Assembly: GCA_045560295.1 (NCBI GenBank)
Contig: JBJKZL010000004.1
Location: 196,566 to 260,565 of the forward strand
DNA length: 64,000 nucleotides
Reading direction: 5' to 3'
From: Fidelibacterota bacterium
Lineage (GTDB): Bacteria > Fidelibacterota > Marinisomatia > Marinisomatales > Marinisomataceae
In this document: positions 18,597 through 27,186 of the stretch, in pieces
Layout of the letters: each line of letters starts with the position of its first letter
How positions within the stretch are numbered: the first letter of the stretch is position 1
The notes under the pieces: generated by a model
What the model saw: the letters and a program-made list of their open reading frames with translations, nothing else
Database searches by the model: none
Told to the model about the DNA's origin: nothing
Program-made: the position numbers and the translations under genes

Positions 18597-20078
18597 TTAT
18601 AAGGAGTATTCTCCAAAGGCCTTCTTAAGAGAGGTAGATATTTCTCCAAGAGTACACTTGCAATCACTACATTTAATAATGTAAGGAATTAAATTCTCAC
18701 TTGTTTTTGCTTTCTCTTCAAGTAATGAAAGAGCGGTCAAGACATCTTTTTCACTACGAGAAGATTTAAATTTTTGAATTATTTTAAGTCTATCTTCTCC
18801 TAAGTCAGGAATATTTTTGTGTAGATTTGATTCATTAGCAATAAATTTATTTACACCAACTACAATTGCTGTTTTACTATCAAGATCATTTTGAAATTGA
18901 ATAGATGATTCAGCAATTTCATTTTGAATAGTGCCATCCTGAATTAGTTTTTCAACACCACCTTTTGAAATAATTTCATCAATTTTAGTGTTTACCTTTT
19001 TAATAATGTCTTTAGTAGTGCTGTCAATTAAAGAACTGTCTCCAATAGGATCAACAAATTCTGGAATGCCACTTTCGTGGGCTATGACTTGCTGTATTCT
19101 TAGTGCAGATAAGGCATTTTCTTCTGAAGGAAGACTTAGCGCTTCATCTTTACCATTTGTATGTATTGATTGTGCTCCGCCTAACACCGCTGCTAAACTT
19201 TGTAATGTTGTCCTGGCAGTATTGTTCTCAATCTGTTGTGCAGTTAGAGTTGATCCAGCAGTCTGTACATGAAACCTACAAAGTTGTGATTTTATATTAT
19301 CTATTTCAAATCTATCTCGAACAATATGTGCCCATATTTCTCTTGCTGCTCTAAATTTTGCTACTTCCTCGAAAAAATTTCTATGAGAATTAAAAAAGAA
19401 TGATATTTGAGTAGTTAGTTTTTCTATATTAATACCTGCTGCTTTTGCAGAATCTAAATATGTAATGGCGTTAGCAAATGTAAAGGCTAATTCTTGTACT
19501 GCTGAACTACCTGCCTCTCTTATATGATAACCAGAAACAGATATAGAATTCCAATTTGGTAAGTTCTGCTGACAATATTCAAATATATCAGTGGTTAATC
19601 TTAAAGATGAGTCAATAGGGAATATATATGTTCCTCTTGCAATATATTCTTTTAATATATCATTCTGAAGAGTACCTCTCAATTTATCAAGCGAATAACC
19701 TCTTTTTTTAGCTAGAGATATATAAAATGCTAATAGTATTGATGCGGTTGAATTAATGGTCATTGATACAGAAACCTTTTCTAAATCAATTTTATCGAAT
19801 AAGGACTCAATATCTTCCGGGGTTGATATTGGTACGCCTGATTTGCCTATTTCTCCAGAAGACATATCATCGTCAGAATCATATCCCATCTGTGTAGGAA
19901 GGTCAAAAGCCACTGAGAGACCACTTACACCGCTGTCCAATAAAGATAAATATCTTTCATTTGATTCAGATACAGATGAAAACCCTGCATACTGTCGCAT
20001 TGTCCACAATCTATTACGGTACATATCTTTATAAATACCTTTAGTAAATGGAAATTTCCCTATTTTTTTATCTGACAT
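18597..20078 (-). CDS. Methylmalonyl-CoA mutase family, catalytic (TIM-barrel) subunit without a B12-binding domain
   Basis: WTMRQYAGF, FDLPTQMGYDSD, TINSTA, YHIREAG, FFNSH and C-terminal TLGEISTSLKKAFGEY. Confidence 0.8.
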   Translation of the reverse strand: MSDKKIGKFPFTKGIYKDMYRNRLWTMRQYAGFSSVSESNERYLSLLDSGVSGLSVAFDLPTQMGYDSDDDMSSGEIGKSGVPISTPEDIESLFDKIDLEKVSVSMTINSTASILLAFYISLAKKRGYSLDKLRGTLQNDILKEYIARGTYIFPIDSSLRLTTDIFEYCQQNLPNWNSISVSGYHIREAGSSAVQELAFTFANAITYLDSAKAAGINIEKLTTQISFFFNSHRNFFEEVAKFRAAREIWAHIVRDRFEIDNIKSQLCRFHVQTAGSTLTAQQIENNTARTTLQSLAAVLGGAQSIHTNGKDEALSLPSEENALSALRIQQVIAHESGIPEFVDPIGDSSLIDSTTKDIIKKVNTKIDEIISKGGVEKLIQDGTIQNEIAESSIQFQNDLDSKTAIVVGVNKFIANESNLHKNIPDLGEDRLKIIQKFKSSRSEKDVLTALSLLEEKAKTSENLIPYIIKCSDCKCTLGEISTSLKKAFGEYSL

Positions 20079-20124
20079 AAGTAGGTTAATTTAATTCTAA
20101 AATCAGTATTCTAATTAATGATTT

Positions 20125-20667
20125 TTGGCTAACATATGCTATATGGAATATTCTCGAGCAGAAAAGATAATTTATTGGTGGCGATATAAAAATTATTTTA
20201 AAAGTGGAACTGAAAAAAATCAGTATTTAGATATTGAAAAAAATTCAATCTTAATTGTATTACCAGATGGGGAGGTTGCATTTGATTTAGCTAATCTTTT
20301 TTTAGAAAAAATTAAATCTAATGATGCTAAAATCCATTTTTTAATCAAAGATGCTCTAATTAATTTTTATCCAAATCATATCACTGAATCAGCTATCTTA
20401 TTTTCTTATAAAGATATCAATTCTTTGGGCACACCAACCCATGCTTTTGTAGAAAAAATTAAAGGATTAGGATATGAAAATATGATTGACCTAAATATTA
20501 ATTTTAGTCGTTTTTCATCTTTTCTTTTAAGGGCTTGTCACCCAAAAGTGAGAATGGGTTTTAATTATGATAATTCAAAAAAATATTATAATGTTATACT
20601 TGATACAAATTATCAAAGAGATTTAGAGGGAACATTTAATATGATTCAACAGTTTATTAAAATATGA
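20125..20667 (+). CDS. Hypothetical protein resembling only the N-terminal Rossmann half of GT9 (heptosyltransferase-like) glycosyltransferases
   Basis: ILIVLPDGEVAFDLANLFLEKIKSNDAKIHFLIKD ... YENMIDLNINFSRFSSFLLRACHPKVRMGF is collinear with the GT9 N-domain, but the protein ends at 180 aa. The start is TTG, with an alternative ATG at 20143. Confidence 0.35.
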   Translation: MANICYMEYSRAEKIIYWWRYKNYFKSGTEKNQYLDIEKNSILIVLPDGEVAFDLANLFLEKIKSNDAKIHFLIKDALINFYPNHITESAILFSYKDINSLGTPTHAFVEKIKGLGYENMIDLNINFSRFSSFLLRACHPKVRMGFNYDNSKKYYNVILDTNYQRDLEGTFNMIQQFIKI

Positions 20668-21437
20668 ATGAATATTTAAAAAATATCATAACAACGGATC
20701 TTATTTTATTAGATAAGACCAGTTCTTTTTTAGATAAAGATAAATACCTCTGGGATTTGATTGCAAGTATCCCTGATTTTTTTATTGACAGTAAATCGTC
20801 AGAAATATCTGTTGATAATGTGGTTATCGATGAAAGTCTAGGTCCAGTTATTATTGACAATACTGCAACCGTAGAACCTTTTACCGTTTTAAATGGCCCT
20901 TTATTCATCGGTAGAAACACATTAGTGAAATCTCACTCTACTATCTCAAACTCTATTATTAATCATGATTGTAAAGTAAGCGGAGAAATTCATTCTTGCG
21001 TATCTTTCAGCCATATTCCAACAAAGCTCACGAAGGATTCTTGGGTCATAGTTTTATTGGATCATGGGCGAATTTAGGAGCTGGAACAACCACTAGTAAT
21101 TTGAAGAATAATTATTCATCTCGTCAAAGTAAAGTGGGATGGAGAGCTAATAGATACTGGCTCCATTTTTTTTGGATCAATTATCGGAGAACATGTTAAA
21201 ACTGCTATTGGCACAAATCTTAACACTGGAACAGTTATTGAACTAGGATGCAATATCGTCTCTCAAACATTTCCGCCAAGACATGTTCCTGCATTTTCAT
21301 TATTCTATAAAAATAAAGCGATAAGAATAAAATTTGAGGACTTTTGCGATGTGGCTGAAAAAGCTATGAAGAGAAGAAAAAAAGAACTTTTATCCTCTCA
21401 GAAGTCGATGTTAAATAGTATTTACAAAAACTATTGA
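20664..21437 (+). pseudogene. Left-handed beta-helix (GlmU-like putative sugar nucleotidyltransferase, C-terminal part) interrupted by two compensating frameshifts
   Basis: Frame 0 reads ...YLWDLIASIP...GPLFIGRNTLV...CKVSGEIHSCV. The conserved continuation YSNKAHEGFLGHSFIGSWANLGAGTTTSNLKNNYSS is in frame 2 (about 21003..21120). VKVKWDGELIDTGSIFFGSIIGEHVKTAIGTNLNTGTV... then returns to frame 0 up to the stop at 21435..21437. ORF-track pieces are 20664..21077 and 20996..21199. Confidence 0.7.
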
Positions 21438-21472
21438 CTCCATACATAACTAATAATACCTTCGAGACTATC

Positions 21473-21894
21473 ATGGATTCAAAGCTTCGGATTATAACTC
21501 AAGTTGACGAGGTTATAAGCCCTTGTCCATGTGATGAACGAGAAGAAATAATTGCTTCAGAAATTGGGGCCTATCATTAAAGTGCCCTCTCTGTAAGGCT
21601 AATCTCAAGCAAAGAGCATACCTGCCATTCCTAGAATACCTGATGGAGAATGGGTCATGTAGAAAATTTAGACTTTTTTGACCTTAGACCTTTACAGTCA
21701 AGATAAAGGAAGCTTTAGATAGCGAAGATGAAGAATTGGAGCTTGATAAGTATGAAACAAAAAAAGATAGTCTTAATATTTATGAAGATGATTCAAAGTT
21801 TACATCCACTGCTAAGCCTTCCGAAACCTCTATTGACGAATCTGCCGTATCAAGCGATTGGACAAAGTTTGCCATGGAAGACTCTGATTCCTAA
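21473..21894 (+). pseudogene. Degenerate Cys-rich (zinc-ribbon-like) ORF with an acidic tail; frame broken at least once, with two in-frame stops
   Basis: MDSKLRIITQVDEVISPCPCDEREEIIASEIGAYH stops at 21578..21580. The next frame continues KCPLCKANLKQRAYLPFLEYLMENGSCRKFRLF and then hits TGA (21679..21681) and TAG (21685..21687). The same frame goes on as ...KEALDSEDEELELDKYE...DESAVSSDWTKFAMEDSDS, stopping at 21892..21894. Confidence 0.3.
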
Positions 21895-21958
21895 TACTGA
21901 TTTTTTACTTTACAATACATCAAACTTTCTGTTAAATTGATCAAGAATTAAAATATTT

Positions 21959-22030
21959 CAGGCTATAAAATTGCGAAAGATTGAAAGACTTTCCCCCGCT
22001 TATCAACTTTCTTTTATAGCCTGTTTTTTT
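21959..22030 (+). terminator. Long imperfect hairpin followed by a T-run (candidate intrinsic terminator or small structured RNA)
   Basis: A perfect 12-bp outer stem, CAGGCTATAAAA (21959..21970) / TTTTATAGCCTG (22012..22023). Inner pairings are GAAAG/CTTTC, TTGA/TCAA and AAG/CTT around an 11-nt loop. TTTTTTT follows at 22024..22030. Confidence 0.4.
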
Positions 22031-22115
22031 ATTCTTTTTAATTTGCTTAATTACAAGATAAGAACTAACATTGCGTATTAGACCGGGTAGTCGGTTTTCA
22101 AAATAAAATTTCATT

Positions 22116-22886
22116 ATGAAAATAGCAGTACTAACCAAAGCAATTCCAAGCTATGAATCTAGCATTCGTATTGACTCTACTTCCAAGTGGATTGACGAAT
22201 CAGTAGTAAACTTTGTTGTGAACGAAAGTGACTCTTATGCCTTAGAAGAGGCATTGCAAATTAAAGAAAAGCTAGACAATGGAACCGAAGTTGTTGTAGT
22301 TACTATGGGATCTCAAGACAATACATCAAAAGTCTTAAAAGATGGACTTGCTAAGGGTGCTGATAGGGCTATTTTTATTAATAATGAAGATTCAAATACA
22401 GATCCATTATCAATAGCAAAATTATTTTCCGAGAATTTAAAAGATGAAAGCTTTGACCTTATTTTTTCTGGCTTACAATCTGATGATTTAGGCTCTGGGC
22501 AAACTGGGGTATTGCTAGGAGAGTTATTAGGAATGTCTACTGCTACCTTGGGTATTGAAACAGATATTCAGGATGGTCAGATTAAAATTAAAAGGGAATT
22601 AGAGTCTGGATGGTTTCAGTGGGTAACATTACCTTTTCCAGCTAGCGTATCCATTCAATCTGGTATTAATGAACCTCGCTATCCTTCTTTAAAGGGAATT
22701 ATGGGGGCTAAGCGTAAAGAATCAAAAGAAGTCGACGGCCAGCTTTCTGATACACCAAAACAAAATTTCTTAAATCTATTTATTCCTAAAACTGAAAAAG
22801 CTACAGAAAAAATCGAAGGTGATGTTGATGGAATAGTAGCCAAGCTGATGGATATATTAAAAAATAAATTAAGAGTTGTGTCATGA
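22116..22886 (+). CDS. etfB: Electron transfer flavoprotein beta subunit
   Basis: MKIAVLTKAIP..., NESDSYALEEAL, SGLQSDD. Overlaps etfA by 4 nt. Confidence 0.9.
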   Translation: MKIAVLTKAIPSYESSIRIDSTSKWIDESVVNFVVNESDSYALEEALQIKEKLDNGTEVVVVTMGSQDNTSKVLKDGLAKGADRAIFINNEDSNTDPLSIAKLFSENLKDESFDLIFSGLQSDDLGSGQTGVLLGELLGMSTATLGIETDIQDGQIKIKRELESGWFQWVTLPFPASVSIQSGINEPRYPSLKGIMGAKRKESKEVDGQLSDTPKQNFLNLFIPKTEKATEKIEGDVDGIVAKLMDILKNKLRVVS

Positions 22887-23854
22887 TATTAGTAGTACTA
22901 GAAAATCAAAGAGGTAATATTCACGCCTTTAGTAAAGAAGCTGTAGCTGCTGGACAAAGTCTATCATCAAAATTAGGAATGGATTTGTCTGTGTTATGTA
23001 TGGGTGAAAATGCAAGCACTCTGAAAGAGCAAGCAAGTGATTATAAATTACAAAATTTGATTCTAGCAGATCATGATATGATCAGTACGTATTCAGCTGA
23101 TGGATATTCAAAAGTTTTATCTGATGTGATTAAAGATTTATCTCCTAAATATGTAATAATGGGACACTCTTATATGGTTCGAGATTTCTTGCCAAGAGTT
23201 AGTGCTAAATTAGATATACCATTTGTAAGTGATATTATATCAGTTACTTATGATGGAGATAGCCCTGTATTTGCGCGACAAGTGTTTAATGCAAAACTTG
23301 CTACCAATATCCAATCAGATTCAAGTAGCGAAACAACACTTCTCAGCTTTCAGTCTGCAGCATTTTCTAGCGATAATATAGAATTGGGAGGTTCTGATGC
23401 AGCGACTGTCTTTGAAGTAAATATTAATAGTAACGATATTAAGTCTAGTAGTGAACCAGAATTTCAAGAGTCTTCGTCTGGTGTAGACTTAACTACAGCA
23501 GATGTAATTGTATCTGTTGGTAGAGGTATCGAAAGTCAGGATAACATCCCTATGGTCGAATCCTTGACAGAAGCGATGGGAGCAGAGCTAGGTTCTTCAA
23601 GGCCTGTAGTAGATATGGGTTGGTTGCCATCATACAGACAAATTGGAAGTTCAGGACAAGCAGTATCGCCTAATTTATACTTTTCCGTAGGTGTTTCAGG
23701 AGCTATTCAGCATGTTGTAGGAATGAAAGGCTCAAAAAATATTATTGCAATTAATAAGGATGAAGAAGCTCCTATTTTTGAAATTGCAGACTATGCTGTT
23801 ATTGGTGATTTGATGGAAATCGTGCCAAAGTTAACAGAAGAACTTAAGAAATAA
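22883..23854 (+). CDS. etfA: Electron transfer flavoprotein alpha subunit
   Basis: C-terminal FAD-binding motifs VSVGRGI, GSSRPVVD.GW, QIGSSGQ.VSP.LY...GVSGAIQH..G. Confidence 0.9.
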   Translation: MILVVLENQRGNIHAFSKEAVAAGQSLSSKLGMDLSVLCMGENASTLKEQASDYKLQNLILADHDMISTYSADGYSKVLSDVIKDLSPKYVIMGHSYMVRDFLPRVSAKLDIPFVSDIISVTYDGDSPVFARQVFNAKLATNIQSDSSSETTLLSFQSAAFSSDNIELGGSDAATVFEVNINSNDIKSSSEPEFQESSSGVDLTTADVIVSVGRGIESQDNIPMVESLTEAMGAELGSSRPVVDMGWLPSYRQIGSSGQAVSPNLYFSVGVSGAIQHVVGMKGSKNIIAINKDEEAPIFEIADYAVIGDLMEIVPKLTEELKK

Positions 23855-23871
23855 ATTAACTAATATATCTT

Positions 23872-25725
23872 ATGACAAAGTTTTCTCTTCTAGAGCAAAT
23901 TGTTTTAATCCTTTTTTTATCTTCCGGCCTATCTTTCTTTTTATATCAACTAATTTTACGTCTTAAAATTGTTTTAAAAGGCAAATCTGATTTCAGTGTT
24001 GATCAACTTCCAGATCGATTAAAAAGAGTGTTTGATGAAGTAATATTACACAAAAAAGTTGCAAGTGGAGGAAGAGAATATGCAGGGGTAATGCACGCTC
24101 TTGTCATGTACGGTTTTATTTTCTTTGGACTTATTACAATCAATCATTTTTTAATGGCATTTGGACTATATCTTTTTAATGATACATTTAGACTTTGGTA
24201 TTTTAGAGTACTTGGAGGTCCTTGGGCCATTTTTTGCTCATTTGGAATATTAGCATTAGCTTATCGTAGATTTGTTATTAAGCCTAAAGCTTTAGGTAAA
24301 TTCTCTGCTACCTCAGCAGTAGTAACAGTCTTTATTGTTACTTTAATGGTTACATATTTAATCGATGAATTACATTTGCTTAAAAATCCAATAGCATATA
24401 AAGTAAATTGGTGGATACACTCTGGAGTCATCGGTGGATTCCTATTTCTTATTCCAAAGTCAAAACATATGCACCTAGTTCTTTCACCGTTTAATATTTT
24501 TTTAAGACCTTTTGAAATACCAAATCATCCAGCTATACCAATCGATTTAGAAGCATCGGAAGAAGAGTTAGATAATCTCCTACTAGATCTATCAAGATTA
24601 AGTAAAGATCAAGCATTAGATATTTTTACTTGTGTAGAATGTGGAAGATGTACAGATGTATGTCCAGCAAATAGAGGTGGAGGTATATTAGATCCAAAAT
24701 ATCATTTCATATTAGATCTAAAGCAACCCATGCTAGAATCGGGAGATGCAAATGTAGTTGATAAAATCAACGTTGAGGCAGGATGGGAATGTACTACATG
24801 CCAAGCATGTACAGAAGTATGTCCTGTAGGGAACCATGTAGAAAAAGCAGATGAAATTAGAAGTTTTCAAGTATTGGCAGAAGGCGATGTTCCTCAAGAA
24901 TATCAAAAATTATTGCGCAATCTTCAAGAGACAGGCAATACGGAAGGAGCATCTTCAAGTGAATTACTTAAACAGCTCCCAGCGTATACTAGCGATAAAG
25001 AGCTAGTACTATGGCTTGGTTGCTTTGCTAAGCATGCTATGGATCCAAATTTTGTCAGTTCTGTAAAGAATTTTACTAAAATATTAGATTCAGCTGGAGT
25101 CACATACGGCGTCCTTAGTAATGAGCAATGTTCAGGAGACCCTGCCAATAAGTTAGGAGATAAACTTACATATCAACTATTAATGGATCAGAATGTTGAA
25201 GAATTAAATAAAGTAAAAAATGTAACTACGATGTGCCCACACTGTGTGGTAAATCTTCAAAAAGAGTATAGCAAGTATCATGAAATCAAATATGAAGTAA
25301 AGCATCATACTCAGGTAATATCAGAACTACTAGAACAAGGTAAAATTGATATTAATCCTGGTTCTTTAGAGAAAGTAACTTATCATGATCCATGTAACCT
25401 TTCTAGAACTTTAGATGAAGTTAGTGCTCCAAGAAATGCTATAAAAGCTGCAGCACCAGAATTCTTTGAACTAGAAGAAAGTGGAAAAGAAACACTTTGT
25501 TGTGGAGCTGGAGGTGCGCTTTGGTGGAAGAAAGATAGTGGTGAAGGACGTACTCATTTATTAAGAGCTGAGCAAGTTATTGAATCTAAAACTGATACAG
25601 TAGTTACAGGGTGTAATTTTTGTTATGGTATGATGAATCAGGGTGTAGGCCCATTAACTCCGGCCGGTCAAGAACCAATTAAGGTCAAGGATGTAGCAGA
25701 TATTGTAGCAGAAAACTTATCTTAG
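23872..25725 (+). CDS. Membrane-bound Fe-S oxidoreductase, HdrD/EtfD-like (N-terminal polytopic domain, 2x[4Fe-4S] ferredoxin motifs, CCG domains)
   Basis: About 200 aa of TM helices, then CVECGRCTDVCP and CTTCQACTEVCP. Cys-rich CCG-type segments follow (WLGCFAKH..., HDPCNLSR, LCCGAGG, GCNFCYGM). Lies 17 nt downstream of etfA. Confidence 0.7.
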   Translation: MTKFSLLEQIVLILFLSSGLSFFLYQLILRLKIVLKGKSDFSVDQLPDRLKRVFDEVILHKKVASGGREYAGVMHALVMYGFIFFGLITINHFLMAFGLYLFNDTFRLWYFRVLGGPWAIFCSFGILALAYRRFVIKPKALGKFSATSAVVTVFIVTLMVTYLIDELHLLKNPIAYKVNWWIHSGVIGGFLFLIPKSKHMHLVLSPFNIFLRPFEIPNHPAIPIDLEASEEELDNLLLDLSRLSKDQALDIFTCVECGRCTDVCPANRGGGILDPKYHFILDLKQPMLESGDANVVDKINVEAGWECTTCQACTEVCPVGNHVEKADEIRSFQVLAEGDVPQEYQKLLRNLQETGNTEGASSSELLKQLPAYTSDKELVLWLGCFAKHAMDPNFVSSVKNFTKILDSAGVTYGVLSNEQCSGDPANKLGDKLTYQLLMDQNVEELNKVKNVTTMCPHCVVNLQKEYSKYHEIKYEVKHHTQVISELLEQGKIDINPGSLEKVTYHDPCNLSRTLDEVSAPRNAIKAAAPEFFELEESGKETLCCGAGGALWWKKDSGEGRTHLLRAEQVIESKTDTVVTGCNFCYGMMNQGVGPLTPAGQEPIKVKDVADIVAENLS

Positions 25726-25967
25726 TTTTTACTATAGATTTGAATTGCAGCGCATGGTTCACCAAAATAAATCTTCTTCGCATAATTAGATAGTTTAGCT
25801 GATATAATTAAATATGCCCATGTTGGAACAGGCACGCTAGCACAACCCTTAATCATTACCTGTTTATTTCTGAATGATTCCCAATCAATAGTTTTTACTT
25901 GATTGCGGAATTCTGCTTCTTTAATGATTCCATCACTTAAGAAGTCGTCTAATTGTATAGTCTCCAT
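25722..25967 (-). CDS. Small protein resembling a single repeat of DUF2480
   Basis: 81 aa: ...KEAEFRNQVKTIDWESFRNKQVMIKGCASVPVPTWAYLIISAKLSNYAKKIYFGEPC. This family trails suf operons in Bacteroidota (from memory). Confidence 0.5.
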   Translation of the reverse strand: METIQLDDFLSDGIIKEAEFRNQVKTIDWESFRNKQVMIKGCASVPVPTWAYLIISAKLSNYAKKIYFGEPCAAIQIYSKN

Positions 25968-27181
25968 TAGCTTAAAGTGGTAATAGCCTTCTTCAGCTTA
26001 TCAATAAACAAGTCAATTTCTGTGATATCGTTATAGAAATAGAGACTCAATCTTAAGCATGATGAAATATTTAATTTAGTCATCAATGGAGAGCAGCAAT
26101 GCCTGCCAGATCTTAATGTAATACCCTCATAATCTAGCAGTTGACTTATATCTCCAGAGTGAATATCATCTATGTTAAAGCAGACAATAGAAATACGATT
26201 ATCTGAAGGACCATATATAGTAATATTATTAATTTTGCTTAACTCTTTAAATGCATAATCAGAAAGCATTTCAGTGTGATTTGTAATATTATCCATTCCT
26301 AAATCATTGATATAATCTATTGCATGGCTTAATCCAATAACTTGAGCTGCATTGGGCGATCCAGCTTCAAATTTATATGGTATATCATTCCATGTCGATT
26401 CTTCTAATGTAACTTCCTTAATCATACCACCACCAGTTTGGTAGGGCTCCATTTTTTCAAGTAAATCTTTTTTACCATATAGTACTCCAACACCAGTTGG
26501 TCCTAACATTTTATGCCCGGAAAAAGCAAAGAAATCACAGCCTAATTCTTCAACATTAATTTTAAAATGAGGGGCGCTCTGACATCCGTCTACCATTACT
26601 AATGTGTTATTTTCGTGTGCAAGATTGATAATTTCTTTTATAGGATTAATAGTGCCTAGAACATTAGAAGCATGGGTAAGTGATAGCATTTTTACTTTAC
26701 TTGTTAGCTTACTTTTTAAGCTATTCATGTCTAATGAACCATCTGGTTGTACGGTAATATAGTCTAATGTTGCTCCAGTTCGTTTGGTAATGATTTGCCA
26801 AGGAACAATATTAGAATGATGCTCCATTTCAGTTAATAGAACGACATCACCTTCATTAAGATTTGTATGACCCCAAGCATCGGCAACCAGATTGATAGCT
26901 TCGGTAGCTCCTTTTGTAAATATAATTGATGAACTATCTTTTATTCCAATGAATTCAGCAACTTTATTTCTTGTACCTTCAAAGGCATTAGTCGCTTTTT
27001 CACCTAACTCGTAAACACTACGATGTACGCTTCCATAATAATTTTTATAGAAATCACTTTCCGAATCAATGACAGATAGAGGCTTTAAGCTAGTAGCGGC
27101 ATTGTCAAAGTATACTAGAGGTTTTCCACGATTCTTTTGTTTTAAGATAGGAAATTGACTTTTTATTTTTTCAATATTCAT
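25967..27181 (-). CDS. sufS: Cysteine desulfurase, SufS type
   Basis: Class V aminotransferase with FSGHKMLGPTGVG (PLP lysine) and RSGRHCCSPL (active-site Cys loop). Confidence 0.9.
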   Translation of the reverse strand: MNIEKIKSQFPILKQKNRGKPLVYFDNAATSLKPLSVIDSESDFYKNYYGSVHRSVYELGEKATNAFEGTRNKVAEFIGIKDSSSIIFTKGATEAINLVADAWGHTNLNEGDVVLLTEMEHHSNIVPWQIITKRTGATLDYITVQPDGSLDMNSLKSKLTSKVKMLSLTHASNVLGTINPIKEIINLAHENNTLVMVDGCQSAPHFKINVEELGCDFFAFSGHKMLGPTGVGVLYGKKDLLEKMEPYQTGGGMIKEVTLEESTWNDIPYKFEAGSPNAAQVIGLSHAIDYINDLGMDNITNHTEMLSDYAFKELSKINNITIYGPSDNRISIVCFNIDDIHSGDISQLLDYEGITLRSGRHCCSPLMTKLNISSCLRLSLYFYNDITEIDLFIDKLKKAITTLS

Positions 27182-27186
27182 TATAT

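Noticed and set aside
21990-21999. 10-mer TTTCCCCCGC shared between the hairpin loop at 21990..21999 and the tRNA spacer at 55948..55957
   Set aside because: The flanks show no further similarity, and the rough chance expectation in 128 kb of two-strand sequence is low but not negligible. This is insufficient to call a repeat family.
21728-22138. Track ORFs 21728..21940 (+) and 21941..22138 (-)
   Set aside because: Both are low-complexity, lack recognisable motifs and overlap better-explained features. These are the acidic-tail frame of the decayed Cys-rich ORF, the long hairpin, and the etfB start.
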